Shown one piece after another: positions 63,429-64,000 of a stretch of 64,000 nucleotides of DNA. The stretch covers positions 246,452,001 through 246,516,000 of the forward strand of contig NC_086097.1 in assembly GCF_963921235.1 (NCBI RefSeq), written 5' to 3'. The translations under genes and the position numbers were made by a program. Source of the DNA: Mobula hypostoma. Taxonomy: Eukaryota. The notes below the pieces were generated by a model. That model was not told where the DNA came from. It saw only the letters and a program-made list of their open reading frames with translations, and did not search any database. Within the stretch, counting starts at the first letter, position 1. The number at the start of each line of letters is the position of its first letter.

Positions 63429-64000
63429 TACATTCTGGTGAAAACATATAACCTGGAATATTGAGTTTCTGAATAAGTGTAAGGTTAACATACCATGGTT
63501 TCCTCTTTGCCTACCTCGTGTTCTTCCAACTAGTGAGGTATCCACAAGGGTGGTAATTTAAGTCTACCAGCACTTGATGCATCCAAAAAAAGACTTCACC
63601 ATTCCAAAATCTAGTCTGGCATTTTTAACATGTGTCATGGCAGCACGGTAGTGTAGCAGTTAGTGCAACACTTTACAGTGCCAACGACCGGGGTTCAGTT
63701 CCCACCACTGTCTGCGAAAGGTATGTCACATGTACACTGAAACATCGATACATGCAGTCAATGACCAACACAGTCTGAAATGACCTGGGGACAGTCAACT
63801 AGCATTTGAAGTGTCCAAAAATATCCTTGGTCACTTTTCAACTTTAGTATGGCATCTTCAATGCATCAGCATTGCCCTAGAGCAGAACTGAAGTGTCTGT
63901 CAGTTAGTGCATTAAAATCTCTGGAATTGGAGACAGCCCACCATTTACTGATGCAAAAACTAGAAACACAGGTAAAGATAACGACAAAGAATAATTTTAT

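Overview
This is eukaryotic, repeat-saturated DNA, not prokaryotic sequence. The repeat repertoire (CR1/HER1-type LINEs, HE1-like V-SINEs, Penelope-like elements, Rex1/Babar, L1, Tc1 and hAT remnants) points to a cartilaginous fish such as a ray or shark, in an intergenic or deep intronic region; this assignment is inferred. I found no convincing host exon, tRNA, rRNA, CRISPR array or operon. The long ORFs are retrotransposon remnants or read-through of a 37-bp satellite. Four signals stand out. (1) Minimal hammerhead-ribozyme cores (AGTC-CTGANGA-stem II-GAAACGTC-GACT) lie at Penelope-like element ends, including a young 200-bp head-to-head palindrome with a 16-bp target-site duplication (TSD) and older copies that fold back at about the same point. 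(2) Possible HDV-like ribozyme folds occur in RTE-like 5' ends. (3) A 94-bp-arm inverted repeat has template-switch geometry. (4) A 5-kb G-rich satellite contains 551-bp and 1273-bp higher-order duplications. Family names come from motif recognition only; no database search was run. Boundaries are approximate unless fixed by a TSD.
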